Notes under the pieces: generated by a model
What the model was told of the DNA's origin: nothing
Database searches by the model: none
What the model saw: the letters and a program-made list of their open reading frames with translations, nothing else
In this document: positions 1 through 8,982 of the stretch, piece by piece
Layout of the letters: every line of letters begins with the position of its first letter
How positions within the stretch are numbered: position 1 is the first letter of the stretch
DNA from: Clostridia bacterium
GTDB lineage: Bacteria > Bacillota > Clostridia > Christensenellales > CAG-138
DNA: 64,000 bases
Reading direction: 5' to 3'
Assembly: GCA_017429985.1 (NCBI GenBank)
Contig: JAFRNW010000010.1
Location: forward strand, 5,700-69,699
Translations under genes and position numbers: made by a program

Positions 1-1596
1 TACCGTGCGGCCGGTCTGGACTTCTTCCCCGGCGATCGGCTGCTGCAGAATGATCGTGCCGTTCAGGTTCTTATCCGCGGTGGGATCATACTGGATCCGG
101 ATTTTCAAACTGTCTGTGGAATCCAGAAGTTTGACTGCTTCGGGCAGGGGGAAGAGGATGACGGAAGGCATCATGAACGTCGAGGTCGCGGTCGCGCTGA
201 TGCTGATGTTGACCTCGGAGCCTTCCGGGGATTCCATTCCCGCGGGGATGGACTGGGAACAGACGTAACCGATGGCGGTATCTGAGACCTGATAGGAAAC
301 CGTGCCCATCCGGAAGCCTGCGTTTTCAAGAGCGGAGACAGCTTCTTCATATGTGAGCCCGATCAGGTTCGGTATCGTCGGAACTTCCGGACCGGCACTG
401 ACCTTAATGGTTATAGCGGAGCCGGGCTTCGCATACTTCCCTGCGTCGGGCGACTGTGTCAGGACGGTTCCTGCCGGGTCGTTGCTTGATTCGTATTCCT
501 CTATGTCGACGGTAAAGCCGAAGTCTTCGGCTCTGTTCTGCGCGGATTCAAGCTTTTTGCCTACTAGGGACGGGACCACGTTCGCGGCTGTCGCGGCGGA
601 GGAATAAATATATCGGATACCGAAGAACATCCCCGTGAAGGCGACGATGAAAAGCCCGACGATGATCGCGATCTTGGCGACGGGGGGGATCGTATGGATC
701 GAGACGATCCGTGTGTCGCTGCTGTCGGATTCTTCCGAGAACAGATCCTGCGAGCTGTCCGCGGGAATGTAATCCCGTTTCTTCAGGGCGTTCAGAAGCG
801 CGCGCTTCATCCGCTCCGCGGTGCGGTAACGCGCGGAAGGATCTTTGGAAAGAGCCCGCATCACGACATAGTTGACCGATGGATAGACGTCCGGGTTGCG
901 CTCGATGGCGGGGACGGGGTTTTCATTGATATGCTTCAGCGCGACGGACACGGTGGTATCCGCCGTAAAGGGGACCGTGCCGGTCAGCATCTCATACAGA
1001 ACCACGCCGGCGGAATAGAGATCGCTCTCTTCTGTCACGGGTTTTCCCTGCGCCTGCTCCGGGGAGAGGTAGTGGGCGGAGCCCAGAACGGTGGAGCCGG
1101 CAAAGGTGACGGTGGTGGCCTGCGCGTCCCGCGCGATTCCGAAATCCGTCAGTTTGACTTTTCCGGACGGGGTAATGATGATGTTCTGCGGCTTGACATC
1201 CCTGTGAATGATGCCGGCGTCATGTGCCGCCGCCAGAGCGTTCAGCGTCTGGATGCAGTAGCTGACCGCCGTTTTCTGCGGCAGAGCGCCTTTTTCCTGA
1301 AGGATCGTTTTCAGGGTTTTCCCTTCCACATACTCCAGGACGATGAACGGGATCCCGTTGTATTCCCCGACGCCGTATGCGTGAACGATGTTCTCCTGGG
1401 TCAGGTGAAGGACCGTTTTTGCCTCCCGCTCAAATCTGCGGAGGAATTCGGGATTGTCGCGGTATTCCTCCTTGAGCATCTTGATGGCGACAGGACGGTG
1501 ATTGGCAAGGTTGACCGCACGGTAGACCTGCGCCATGCCGCCGGTCCCGATCAACTCCTGGATCTGGTATCTGTGGTTCAGTATGACGCCGATCAT
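1..1596 (-). CDS. prkC: Ser/Thr protein kinase with PASTA repeats (PrkC-like); C-terminal end runs off the left edge
   Basis: Hand translation of the minus strand from ATG at 1596 gives MIGVILNHRYQIQELIGTGGMAQVYRA (Gly loop), IIHRDVKPQNI (catalytic loop), a TM segment, then PASTA-like PNLIGLTYEEAVSALENAGF. ATGA overlap with the stp stop. Absent from the ORF track because there is no stop inside the window. Confidence 0.9.
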   Translation of the reverse strand, partial: MIGVILNHRYQIQELIGTGGMAQVYRAVNLANHRPVAIKMLKEEYRDNPEFLRRFEREAKTVLHLTQENIVHAYGVGEYNGIPFIVLEYVEGKTLKTILQEKGALPQKTAVSYCIQTLNALAAAHDAGIIHRDVKPQNIIITPSGKVKLTDFGIARDAQATTVTFAGSTVLGSAHYLSPEQAQGKPVTEESDLYSAGVVLYEMLTGTVPFTADTTVSVALKHINENPVPAIERNPDVYPSVNYVVMRALSKDPSARYRTAERMKRALLNALKKRDYIPADSSQDLFSEESDSSDTRIVSIHTIPPVAKIAIIVGLFIVAFTGMFFGIRYIYSSAATAANVVPSLVGKKLESAQNRAEDFGFTVDIEEYESSNDPAGTVLTQSPDAGKYAKPGSAITIKVSAGPEVPTIPNLIGLTYEEAVSALENAGFRMGTVSYQVSDTAIGYVCSQSIPAGMESPEGSEVNISISATATSTFMMPSVILFPLPEAVKLLDSTDSLKIRIQYDPTADKNLNGTIILQQPIAGEEVQTGRTV

Positions 1597-2330
1597 GCGG
1601 GCGCACCTCCTTCGCAGCGGACCAGGACAACGGATATGTTGTCCGCGCTGCCCGCTTCGGAGGCGGCGGCGACCAGTTCGTCGCACAGCTCCTCCGGCGG
1701 GAGGTCTTTGCCGAGGATGCCGGCGATGCGGTCGGATCCGAGAGCGCCGTGCAGACCGTCCGAACAGAGGAGAAGGATATCTCCCGCCGATAAGGTCCCG
1801 GTATAGAAATCGGGCGCAACCGTCAGGTCGATCCCGACAGCGCGCGTGATGATGTTCCGCATCGGGTGGATCATCGCCTGTTCTTCCGTAATAACGCCGG
1901 ATTTGACCAGCGACGCGACCAGGGAATGATCCTGCGTGATCCGGCTGAGACATCCGCCGCGGAACAGATAAAGACGGCTGTCTCCGACGTTGGCGGCGGT
2001 AAAAGAATCGGAAGATACGGCCGCGCAGACCAGCGTCGAACCCATGCCGCGGTAATCGGAATTATCTTGCGAAAGGCGGTAGACGGCCAGATTGGCCTCG
2101 CGGATGGCATTCCGCATCGTCTGTTCGGTATCCGAGCCGATCAGGGCGGGATCCAGTTCATCCATCAGGGCGCTGATGATCGTTCTGCTTGCGACCTCTC
2201 CGGCGACGGGACCGCCCATGCCGTCCGCAACGGCGGCAAACAGGATCCGGCCGCCGTCATAGGAGATCACGGCGACGCTGTCCTCGTTGTTGGAACGGAG
2301 TCCGGCAATACTCTTACTTGCGTAAATCAT
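1593..2330 (-). CDS. stp: PP2C-family Ser/Thr protein phosphatase
   Basis: 245-aa ORF with NEDS and AVADGMGG PP2C motifs. Sits immediately upstream of and overlaps prkC, the conserved stp-prkC pair. Confidence 0.9.
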   Translation of the reverse strand: MIYASKSIAGLRSNNEDSVAVISYDGGRILFAAVADGMGGPVAGEVASRTIISALMDELDPALIGSDTEQTMRNAIREANLAVYRLSQDNSDYRGMGSTLVCAAVSSDSFTAANVGDSRLYLFRGGCLSRITQDHSLVASLVKSGVITEEQAMIHPMRNIITRAVGIDLTVAPDFYTGTLSAGDILLLCSDGLHGALGSDRIAGILGKDLPPEELCDELVAAASEAGSADNISVVLVRCEGGAPA

Positions 2331-3357
2331 GGATCGTTTTTCTCCTCAGCTGTCCGCATGCGCCTTCGATGTCGGTTCCCATTTCGCGTCTTACCGTTGC
2401 GGAGATGTGCTTCTGTTCCAGCCAGTTCTGGAACTGATAGGCTTCTTTTCGGGTGCATCCCGAAAGATTCCGTTCGGGAACGGGATTCAGGGGGATCAGG
2501 TTGACGTGGCAGAGCATCCCCTTCAGTTTTGAAGCGAGGGCGGCCGCGTCGGCCTGTGACGCGTTGACTCCTCTGATCAGCGCATATTCGAAGACGACGC
2601 GTCTGCCGGTCTTTTCCGAATAGGCGGCCGCCGCTTTCAGCACATCGTCGATTGGATACCGGTTGTTGATCGGCATGATCCTGCTCCGCGTTTCGTTGTC
2701 GTGCGCGTGAAGGGATACGGAAAGTGTAACATGCGGAGCCTGTTCCATAAAGTCATAAATGCGCGGCACGATTCCGCAGGTGGATACGGAAATGTTTCTG
2801 GGGCTGATGCCCGCACCGTCCGGAGAGGTTACCAGCCTGAGGAACCGGACCACCTCGTCAAAGTTGTCCAGCGGTTCGCCGCTGCCCATCAGGACGAGGT
2901 TGGTGACGGCACGCCCGCCGTCTTCGCGCGGCGGCTCATCCTTTTCCGCGGCGGACACTTCGCCCAGCATTTCTCCGGCGGAAAGATTCCTGACGCGGCC
3001 TTCCAGCGTGGAGGCGCAGAACGCACAGCCCATCCGGCATCCGACCTGCGTGGAAAGACAGAGCGTGTTTCCGTAGCGGTAACGCATCAGAACGCCTTCC
3101 ACCATATTGCCGTCCTCCATGGAGAACAGATATTTGACGGTGCCGTCGCGCGCGGAGAGTCTTTTATCGAATATCTGAACGGATCCGTACGGTATTTCGG
3201 ATAATTTCGCACGAAGCGTTTTCGGAATGTTGGACATGTTTTCCGGAAGGACGCCTTTTGAAAGCCATGCGAAAATCTGTCCTGCGCGGAACGCGGGCTC
3301 ATTCCAGGAAGCAAGAAGCTGCTTCAGATCGTCGATTGAATAATCCGTCAGATACAT
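2314..3357 (-). CDS. rlmN: 23S rRNA/tRNA adenine-C2 methyltransferase RlmN (radical SAM)
   Basis: GCRMGCAFCAST radical-SAM CxxxCxxC motif. N-terminus MYLTDYSIDDLKQLL...FRAGQIF is typical of RlmN. Start moved to the ATG at 3357; the longer ORF overlaps rsmB. Confidence 0.9.
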   Translation of the reverse strand: MYLTDYSIDDLKQLLASWNEPAFRAGQIFAWLSKGVLPENMSNIPKTLRAKLSEIPYGSVQIFDKRLSARDGTVKYLFSMEDGNMVEGVLMRYRYGNTLCLSTQVGCRMGCAFCASTLEGRVRNLSAGEMLGEVSAAEKDEPPREDGGRAVTNLVLMGSGEPLDNFDEVVRFLRLVTSPDGAGISPRNISVSTCGIVPRIYDFMEQAPHVTLSVSLHAHDNETRSRIMPINNRYPIDDVLKAAAAYSEKTGRRVVFEYALIRGVNASQADAAALASKLKGMLCHVNLIPLNPVPERNLSGCTRKEAYQFQNWLEQKHISATVRREMGTDIEGACGQLRRKTIHDLRK

Positions 3358-4643
3358 TTTTTCAGCCTGGCCATAAAGAATCCGTCCGTTCCGTGAACAT
3401 GGGGCAGCAGCTGAAGCATGCTTCCCTTTGTAAAGGGAAGTCTGTCCGGAACGAAGTCGCGGTGGTTGTCCAAGAAGGCGCGGATCTGATCCTCGTTTTC
3501 CTTCAATGAGATCGTGCACGTCGCGTAGAGAAGGATGCCGCCGGGCTTGACATACCGGGAGCAGGTGTCGAGGATCTTCTTCTGCAGATCAGCAAGCGCG
3601 GCAACATCGGACTCGGTTTTCGCATACCGCAGGTCGGGTTTTTCATGAAACATGCCGAACCCGCTGCAGGGCACGTCCAGCAGGACAAGGTCAAACATTC
3701 CGTCAAACCGCTGATCCGGCACGGACGCGTCCCGTTCCTCTACCGTTCCGGGGACGTGGAGACGCCGCAGCGTTTTTCTCGTCAGTTCGACACGGTGGCG
3801 GTGGATCTCAAAGCAGGTCAGATCCAGACTGTTTCCGGAAAGAGAGGCGAGATAGGCCGCCTTTCCGCCCGGGGCGGAGCAGGCATCCAGAACCTTTTTC
3901 CCGGAGCAGTCCCCGGCAGCCCTGCAGATCAGCATGGAGCCTTCGGACTGGATGGTCATCCTTCCTTCCTGAAAAGCGGGGAAACCGGTGAAATCGAATC
4001 CTTTTTCCGCGATCAGCGCGTCCGGGTCGAAGGAACCGCGGTGTGTCGGGACCGGCAGTTCCGCCTGGAGCTGATCGGCGGTATAGGGGTACTGCGCGCG
4101 GAGCGTGGTTCCGGGCGTTCCGGAGGAGAGGAGTTTGGCGGCGGCCTCTCTGCCGTACATTCCGATCCACATGGATACGATCCATGGCGGGCAGCTGTAC
4201 TGGACGGAAAGCTGATCCACGGTGTCATCCGGGAGGGGCGGGAGCGTGCCCCGCTCGCGGTCAACCCGGCGGAGCACCGCATTGACAAAGCCGCGAAGTT
4301 CCGTCCGCCCGGCTTCCGCACACAGGGAAACGTATTCGGAGACCGCCGCGTGAGCGGGCGTTCTGAGAAACAGCAGCTCGGTCACGCCGAGGCGGAGGAT
4401 ATTTTTAACAAGAGGTTTCGGGTTTTTTTTGACGAAGCCGCTCAGAACGTGGTCCAGATACAGCAGACGGTCCAGCGCCGTATACACAAGCGCGCATACG
4501 AACCGGTAATCCGTGTCGTTCATCAGGGGACGGAGTTCTTTCAGACGGAGATTGCAATAGGAATGACTGGCAAGTACGTCCGAAAAGACATTCAGCGCGT
4601 AATGCCTGGGAGAAAGCTGGTTGTGGAGCTGCTGCCTGCTCAT
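3348..4643 (-). CDS. rsmB: 16S rRNA m5C967 methyltransferase RsmB/Sun
   Basis: DACSAPGGKA SAM-binding motif and DVPCSG catalytic Cys motif, with an N-terminal NusB-like region. Start at 4643 gives an ATGA overlap with the fmt stop. Confidence 0.85.
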   Translation of the reverse strand: MSRQQLHNQLSPRHYALNVFSDVLASHSYCNLRLKELRPLMNDTDYRFVCALVYTALDRLLYLDHVLSGFVKKNPKPLVKNILRLGVTELLFLRTPAHAAVSEYVSLCAEAGRTELRGFVNAVLRRVDRERGTLPPLPDDTVDQLSVQYSCPPWIVSMWIGMYGREAAAKLLSSGTPGTTLRAQYPYTADQLQAELPVPTHRGSFDPDALIAEKGFDFTGFPAFQEGRMTIQSEGSMLICRAAGDCSGKKVLDACSAPGGKAAYLASLSGNSLDLTCFEIHRHRVELTRKTLRRLHVPGTVEERDASVPDQRFDGMFDLVLLDVPCSGFGMFHEKPDLRYAKTESDVAALADLQKKILDTCSRYVKPGGILLYATCTISLKENEDQIRAFLDNHRDFVPDRLPFTKGSMLQLLPHVHGTDGFFMARLKKCI

Positions 4644-5566
4644 GTGAGGACGGAACCGCAGATGTTTCTGCCCCGCAGAAAAGTGACGGCGTCCAGACGC
4701 TTGCCGCCGGGCGCCTGAAGCTCCAGGATACGGACGGGGCGGTCGGCGCACTGCAGGAAAAGCCCTTCCTTTTCGCTTCCGAACAGCGTTCCCGGCACCG
4801 AACCGGACGGATCCCTGTCTGTGAGGGCGGTCTTCCATATCTTCAGCGGCTCCCCGTTCAGAAGCGCGTACGCCCCGGGCCACGGGTTGACGCCGCGGAC
4901 CAGGTTGTGGACGGCGGATGCGGTTCCGGAAGGATTGATTTTGCCGTGTTCCTTTTTCAGCATGGGGCACTTGGTGGCCAGCGCTTCGTCCTGGGGTGTC
5001 CGGACGAGCGTGCCCGCTTCCAGGGAGGCGATGGTCTTTTTCAGGAGTTCCGCGCCGATCAGGGACAGCCTTCCGTACAGCTCGCCTGCCGTTTCATCGG
5101 GCCCGATCTCGGTTTCTTCCTGCATCAGGATATCCCCGGTATCCATGCCGACATCGGTCTGCATGGTCGTGATGCCCGTGACCGTTTCCCCGTCAATGAC
5201 GGACCACTGGATCGGGGCAGCACCGCGGTATTTGGGAAGAAGGGAGCCGTGCACGTTGATGCATCCGTATTTCGGAACGGAAAGGTTTTCGGCGGAAAGG
5301 ATCTGGCCGAACGCGGCTGTCACCATAAGGTCGGGAGCGAAGTCTCTCAGCGCCTCCACGCCTTCGGGGCGCCGGATCTTTTCAAACTGGAAGACCGGGA
5401 TCCCGTGTTCCTGCGCCAGAAGCTTGACGGGGGGCGCATCAGGTGTTTTGTGGCGTCCGACCGGGCGGTCGGGCTGGGTAAAGACGGCCAGCTCGTGACC
5501 GCTTTCGATCAGCATCCGGAGCGAAGGAAGCGCAAATTCTGGCGTGCCGAGAAAAGCTATCCGCAT
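4640..5566 (-). CDS. fmt: methionyl-tRNA formyltransferase
   Basis: MRIAFLGTPEFA N-terminus and HGSLLPKYRGAAPIQ motif. Conserved def-fmt order. Confidence 0.95.
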   Translation of the reverse strand: MRIAFLGTPEFALPSLRMLIESGHELAVFTQPDRPVGRHKTPDAPPVKLLAQEHGIPVFQFEKIRRPEGVEALRDFAPDLMVTAAFGQILSAENLSVPKYGCINVHGSLLPKYRGAAPIQWSVIDGETVTGITTMQTDVGMDTGDILMQEETEIGPDETAGELYGRLSLIGAELLKKTIASLEAGTLVRTPQDEALATKCPMLKKEHGKINPSGTASAVHNLVRGVNPWPGAYALLNGEPLKIWKTALTDRDPSGSVPGTLFGSEKEGLFLQCADRPVRILELQAPGGKRLDAVTFLRGRNICGSVLT

Positions 5567-5569
5567 GGA

Positions 5570-6061
5570 TCAGACCTCCTCTTCTTCGGCATGATCGCGG
5601 AGATACTCTTCCGGAGGCTCCTTGACCAGACGCAGGTAGGTGAGCCCGTCCAGATGATCCACCTCATGTTGGATGGCGCGGGCGAACAGGCCGTGCGCTT
5701 CGTAGGCGTGCGGCTCTCCGTTCCGGTCCTGCGCGGTCACGACCACGTGCTCCGCGCGCTCGACGTATCCGGACCGTCCGGGGAAGGACAGGCATCCCTC
5801 CATGCCGCCCTGGATCCCGTCGCGGCTCAGGATGACGGGATTGACAAGTTCCACGCACTCGTTTTCCTCTCCGGTATCGATCACGCAGATCCGCCTCAGG
5901 ATCCCCACCTGCGGCGCGGCAAGGCCGACGCCGTCGGCGTCATACATGGTATCGAACATATCATCGATCAGTTCGCCCAGGGACGGACCGAATTTATCAA
6001 CAACCCTGCATTTTTTCGAGAGACAGGGCTCGTCATCTTTTCGGATATTGCGCAGTGCCAT
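5570..6061 (-). CDS. def: peptide deformylase
   Basis: GVGLAAPQVG, EGCLS and HEVDHLDG metal-binding motifs. AGGAGG Shine-Dalgarno (SD) sequence at 6071..6076 on the minus strand. Confidence 0.95.
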   Translation of the reverse strand: MALRNIRKDDEPCLSKKCRVVDKFGPSLGELIDDMFDTMYDADGVGLAAPQVGILRRICVIDTGEENECVELVNPVILSRDGIQGGMEGCLSFPGRSGYVERAEHVVVTAQDRNGEPHAYEAHGLFARAIQHEVDHLDGLTYLRLVKEPPEEYLRDHAEEEEV

Positions 6062-6161
6062 TCGTCAGAACCTCCTAATACACTTATTTTATTATAGCCT
6101 TCCAGCGGAAGGCTGTAAAGAAAGAGGGCTTTCCGGAAGCGTCGCAGTTCCCGGCGCGCGG

Positions 6162-6191
6162 TTGTGCAGAAACGGAGGAATCGTGTATAAT
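6162..6191 (+). promoter_or_regulatory. candidate sigma-A promoter for the 6228..7721 gene
   Basis: TTGTGC (6162..6167), 18-nt spacer, TATAAT (6186..6191). Read by eye only. Confidence 0.35.
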
Positions 6192-6227
6192 GAATCAGAT
6201 GTGTAAGATTTGGGGGCATATGGACAG

Positions 6228-7721
6228 ATGCGGCTGAAACAGAGGATACAGGACAGGAAATGGCTTCTTGCAGCGCTTGCGCTTTTCTGGATCCTTGTCT
6301 GCGCGGTAAAGCGCCAGCTGTTTATGAGCGCAGTCACCGCGGTGCCCGTTATCCTTTTCTGCTGCTGTTCTTTTCTCGTTACGCTTTTTCTCAGGGGAAT
6401 GTCCGAAAAGGACTTTCTCCTGATCGCCTGTTTCCTCGGCGTCTTTTTTATCGTGATCGCGCCGTTTGCCTGCATCATCGACGAACGGTATCACTTCGCC
6501 AGATCGTTCCTGCTGTCGGGGGGCAGTTTCTTCCATCAGAGCGTGAACGGAACGACGGGCTTTCTGCTTCCGGATGGTTTTGACATATATGCGCATCCAG
6601 CCGGATGGAACCCGTCCAACGTCTCGGAACTGCGGGACATATGGTTTTCTTCCGCGGAGAATCTCGCGTTTGTTCCTTATACGAGATCCGCTTCCTACCT
6701 TCCTCTGGACTATGTGTTCAGCGCGCTGGGGATGGCATTCGCGAGGCTTCTGCGCCTGCCGCTCGTCTTTGTCGTGCTGTTCGGGCGTCTGTTCAACTAT
6801 GCCGCATATGTTGCCGTCAGCTATTTTGCCATCCGGAAGGCGCGCTATTATAAATCGCTGTTCTTCCTGGTGGCGGTGCTTCCGAGCTGCCTGTATGCGG
6901 GAGCCGTGATCAGCATCGACGCGTGTCTCCTTTCGTTCTGCCTGCTGTACGTGTCGACTGCCCTGAATTACTGTCTGGATGACGATCTTTTCGAGATCAC
7001 GCCGGGCGACATGGCCGTGCTGCTGGTTTCCGCCACGTTCATTCTGTCGACCAAGTACTTCGGGTATTTCCCGATGCTGCTGCTGATCCTGTTTGCGGCG
7101 GGAAAACGGCTGAAGCGATACAGACAGACACTGATCGGTCTCGGCGCCGTGACAGCAGTGATGGCAGTATGGCAGATCTATATGGTCAGAATCGCGCCGG
7201 GGAGCATAGACGAAGGCGCTGTGTTCGAGGGCGTCAGCCTTGCCGGGCAGCTGGAGTGGATCTTTGCCCACAAAGGCAAGTTTCTGCAGCAGCTCGGGCA
7301 TCAGATGATTCTGGAGGCTCCGCAGCAGATCTATGCCTATTCCTATTCGGAAGAGCCCGCTTTCGCCGCGCTTTCCCTTCCGCTTAGATTTGTTCCTTTC
7401 CTGGCCGCCGCATGGTCCGAGGACAAGTATCCGATGGAACTGAAACAGAGACGCGGTCTGAATTTCTACTGGATCCTGTCCGCCTTCGTGATGATGGCGA
7501 TTTGCTATATCGGACTGTATCTGGCATGGACGCCGGTCGGGGCTCCCGCTGTGGAGGGCATGCAGTTCCGTTATGCCACGCCCTATATGATCTTTATCCT
7601 GCTTGCCGTTTCCACGATCCAGACGGTGAATACGGTCAGGGACCGCGAGAGGATTACCGCTTTCCTGATGGTGCTCCAGCTGGTGAACATGCTGACGGGC
7701 ACGGTCCTGCATTGGGGCTGA
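6228..7721 (+). CDS. polytopic membrane protein, DUF2142-like / GT-C-fold glycosyltransferase candidate
   Basis: Many hydrophobic helices. Acidic loop motif IIDERYHFARSF follows the third TM helix, as I recall for DUF2142/GT-C proteins. The antisense ORF 6195..7781 is Arg/His-rich junk. Start could be TTG 6210 or ATG 6228. Confidence 0.6.
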   Translation: MRLKQRIQDRKWLLAALALFWILVCAVKRQLFMSAVTAVPVILFCCCSFLVTLFLRGMSEKDFLLIACFLGVFFIVIAPFACIIDERYHFARSFLLSGGSFFHQSVNGTTGFLLPDGFDIYAHPAGWNPSNVSELRDIWFSSAENLAFVPYTRSASYLPLDYVFSALGMAFARLLRLPLVFVVLFGRLFNYAAYVAVSYFAIRKARYYKSLFFLVAVLPSCLYAGAVISIDACLLSFCLLYVSTALNYCLDDDLFEITPGDMAVLLVSATFILSTKYFGYFPMLLLILFAAGKRLKRYRQTLIGLGAVTAVMAVWQIYMVRIAPGSIDEGAVFEGVSLAGQLEWIFAHKGKFLQQLGHQMILEAPQQIYAYSYSEEPAFAALSLPLRFVPFLAAAWSEDKYPMELKQRRGLNFYWILSAFVMMAICYIGLYLAWTPVGAPAVEGMQFRYATPYMIFILLAVSTIQTVNTVRDRERITAFLMVLQLVNMLTGTVLHWG

Positions 7722-7768
7722 ACCGCTGCGATACCTGCCGAACGGAAGCTGACACAAAAGATAAAGAC

Positions 7769-7800
7769 ACAGTCCCGGCACTGCAGCGCGCCGGGACTGT
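7769..7800. terminator. bidirectional stem-loop between convergent genes
   Basis: ACAGTCCCGGC (7769..7779) pairs with GCCGGGACTGT (7790..7800), an 11-bp perfect stem. T-rich on the minus side (gtctttatctttt), weaker TTGCT on the plus side. Confidence 0.55.
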
Positions 7801-7830
7801 TTGCTATAGAGGGGAACCGGGAAGGAACAA

Positions 7831-8790
7831 TCAGTCGGAAGTGCTCCCGAGCCAGCTCCGGATGATATCGATCAGCTCGGATACATCTTTCTTGCCGTTT
7901 TCCTCCGAAGAGGCGTCAGAGGCTGCCGTATCGTCGGCGGTAAGTCCGGGCTGGACAGGGCCTGCGGCTTCCGGAACCGCATCGGGTTTTCCGACAGCCA
8001 TGTCGATCCCCGCATCCGCAAGCGCCTCGTTCAGCGCTTCTTCCGCGGAAGCGATTCCGTCGGACGATTCGCCGCTGACCGTGTCAGGCACTGTGGAGAG
8101 GGCGGATTCCAGTTCGTCGAGGAGGGAGGTCAGTCTGTCTTTTGCAGCCTGATCCTCGATGTTGTCGATGGAGGAACGGATCCGGGAAAACGGATCGGAT
8201 CCCATGCCTCTGCCCTTCGCTCTGCCGCGGAATCCGTCCTGAGGGATACCCTGCGGATCCTGCTGTCCAGGCTTGCCGACCTGAACGGTAAGTCCTGCAG
8301 CTTTCAGCGCCTCGTTCAGTGCCGTTTCTGCTTCTGTCAAAGCGCTGCTGTCCGTATTGCCGTTCGCTGTGCGTCCGGCTTCCAGCGCCTGTTTCCAGGC
8401 TTCGAACAGGCTGTTCAGATTCGTCTTTGTTTCTCCGTCTTCCAGTCCGTTGATGGCGGCGGAGATGTCATCAAAACACGTCCCCATTCCGTGCTTTCCG
8501 CCTGCTTTCTGTCCGTTTCTGCCCTGCTGGAAATCCCTGCCGCCTCTTCCGCCTGCAAAGATTCCGTTATTCTGTCCGGGTATGCCGGAATTGCCCGGAT
8601 TCGTCTGCGTGCCGGGAAGCTGGCCGGACGGCGGCATGAATGCCTGGCCCTGCTGGGCTGGCTGATCCGGGAAATGGGTCGAAGGGGTCTCCTGATCGGA
8701 TCCTTCTGCAAAAGCCGCAGCGGAAAGTGAGAGTACCAGAACAGCGGCAATCGCAGCTGTTAGAAAACGTTTGATTCTTCTGTTGTTCAT
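7831..8790 (-). CDS. secreted protein of unknown function with two internal ~74-aa repeats
   Basis: Signal peptide MNNRRIKRFLTAAIAAVLVLSLSAAAFA then EGS, a Gly/Gln/Pro-rich linker, two helical repeats and an acidic C-terminus. AAGGAGA SD sequence upstream of the ATG. Confidence 0.75.
   Translation of the reverse strand: MNNRRIKRFLTAAIAAVLVLSLSAAAFAEGSDQETPSTHFPDQPAQQGQAFMPPSGQLPGTQTNPGNSGIPGQNNGIFAGGRGGRDFQQGRNGQKAGGKHGMGTCFDDISAAINGLEDGETKTNLNSLFEAWKQALEAGRTANGNTDSSALTEAETALNEALKAAGLTVQVGKPGQQDPQGIPQDGFRGRAKGRGMGSDPFSRIRSSIDNIEDQAAKDRLTSLLDELESALSTVPDTVSGESSDGIASAEEALNEALADAGIDMAVGKPDAVPEAAGPVQPGLTADDTAASDASSEENGKKDVSELIDIIRSWLGSTSD
7987..8490 (-). repeat. intragenic tandem duplication (units 8269..8490 and 7987..8208)
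   Basis: Unit 1 runs GMGTCFDDISAAINGLEDGETKTNLNSL...AETALNEALKAAGLTVQVGKP. Unit 2 runs GMGSDPFSRIRSSIDNIEDQAAKDRLTSL...AEEALNEALADAGIDMAVGKP. Confidence 0.65.
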
Positions 8791-8840
8791 GTTCTTTGTC
8801 TCCTTTGTAATGGATTGGGTTATGACCCTTTGCCAAACAA

Positions 8841-8869
8841 TACGGAAGCCACGACATCAAAAATGGGGT
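8841..8869 (-). promoter_or_regulatory. candidate sigma-I-type promoter upstream of the secreted repeat protein
   Basis: Minus strand reads tgACCCCatttttgatgtcgtggcttcCGTAttg. ACCCC, 20 nt, CGTA: the same architecture and spacing as the site upstream of sigI. Confidence 0.45.
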
Positions 8870-8916
8870 CAGTGTGTAATTTTTATGTCCGAAGGATATG
8901 CCGACACGGTTTGCAC

Positions 8917-8943
8917 ACAAAAAACAGCGCTGTGCGCGCTGTT
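8917..8943 (-). terminator. rho-independent terminator after the rsgI-like gene
   Basis: Minus strand reads AACAGCGC-gcaca-GCGCTGTT followed by TTTTTGTGTG. Confidence 0.6.
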
Positions 8944-8982
8944 ATGTTCTCTGAAATTGTGCGAATCGGGACGGGTGCTGTA

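Noticed and set aside
5-1806. Plus-strand ORFs 5..268, 302..607 and 694..1806 (370 aa)
   Set aside because: They are antisense to the clearly recognisable PrkC kinase/PASTA reading frame. The products are Arg/Gly/Asp/His-rich with no motifs. These are typical shadow ORFs of high-G+C DNA.
3358-4970. N-terminally extended versions of the rlmN (to 3519) and rsmB (to 4970) ORFs
   Set aside because: The extensions overlap the upstream genes by 160-330 nt and encode Arg/Pro/Gly-rich junk. Internal ATGs give canonical N-termini and ATGA-type coupling.
6096-6115. Perfect 8-bp stem-loop AGCCTTCC-agcg-GGAAGGCT upstream of def, considered as a terminator
   Set aside because: No U-run follows it on either strand: the RNA tail is A-rich on the minus strand and gtaaagaaag on the plus strand. 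It may be a leader structure, but I cannot assign it a function.
6195-7781. 528-aa minus-strand ORF overlapping the 6228..7721 membrane protein gene
   Set aside because: Its composition is Arg/His/Gln/Glu-rich with no hydrophobic or catalytic pattern. The plus-strand product is a coherent multi-TM protein with an SD sequence, a promoter and a terminator.
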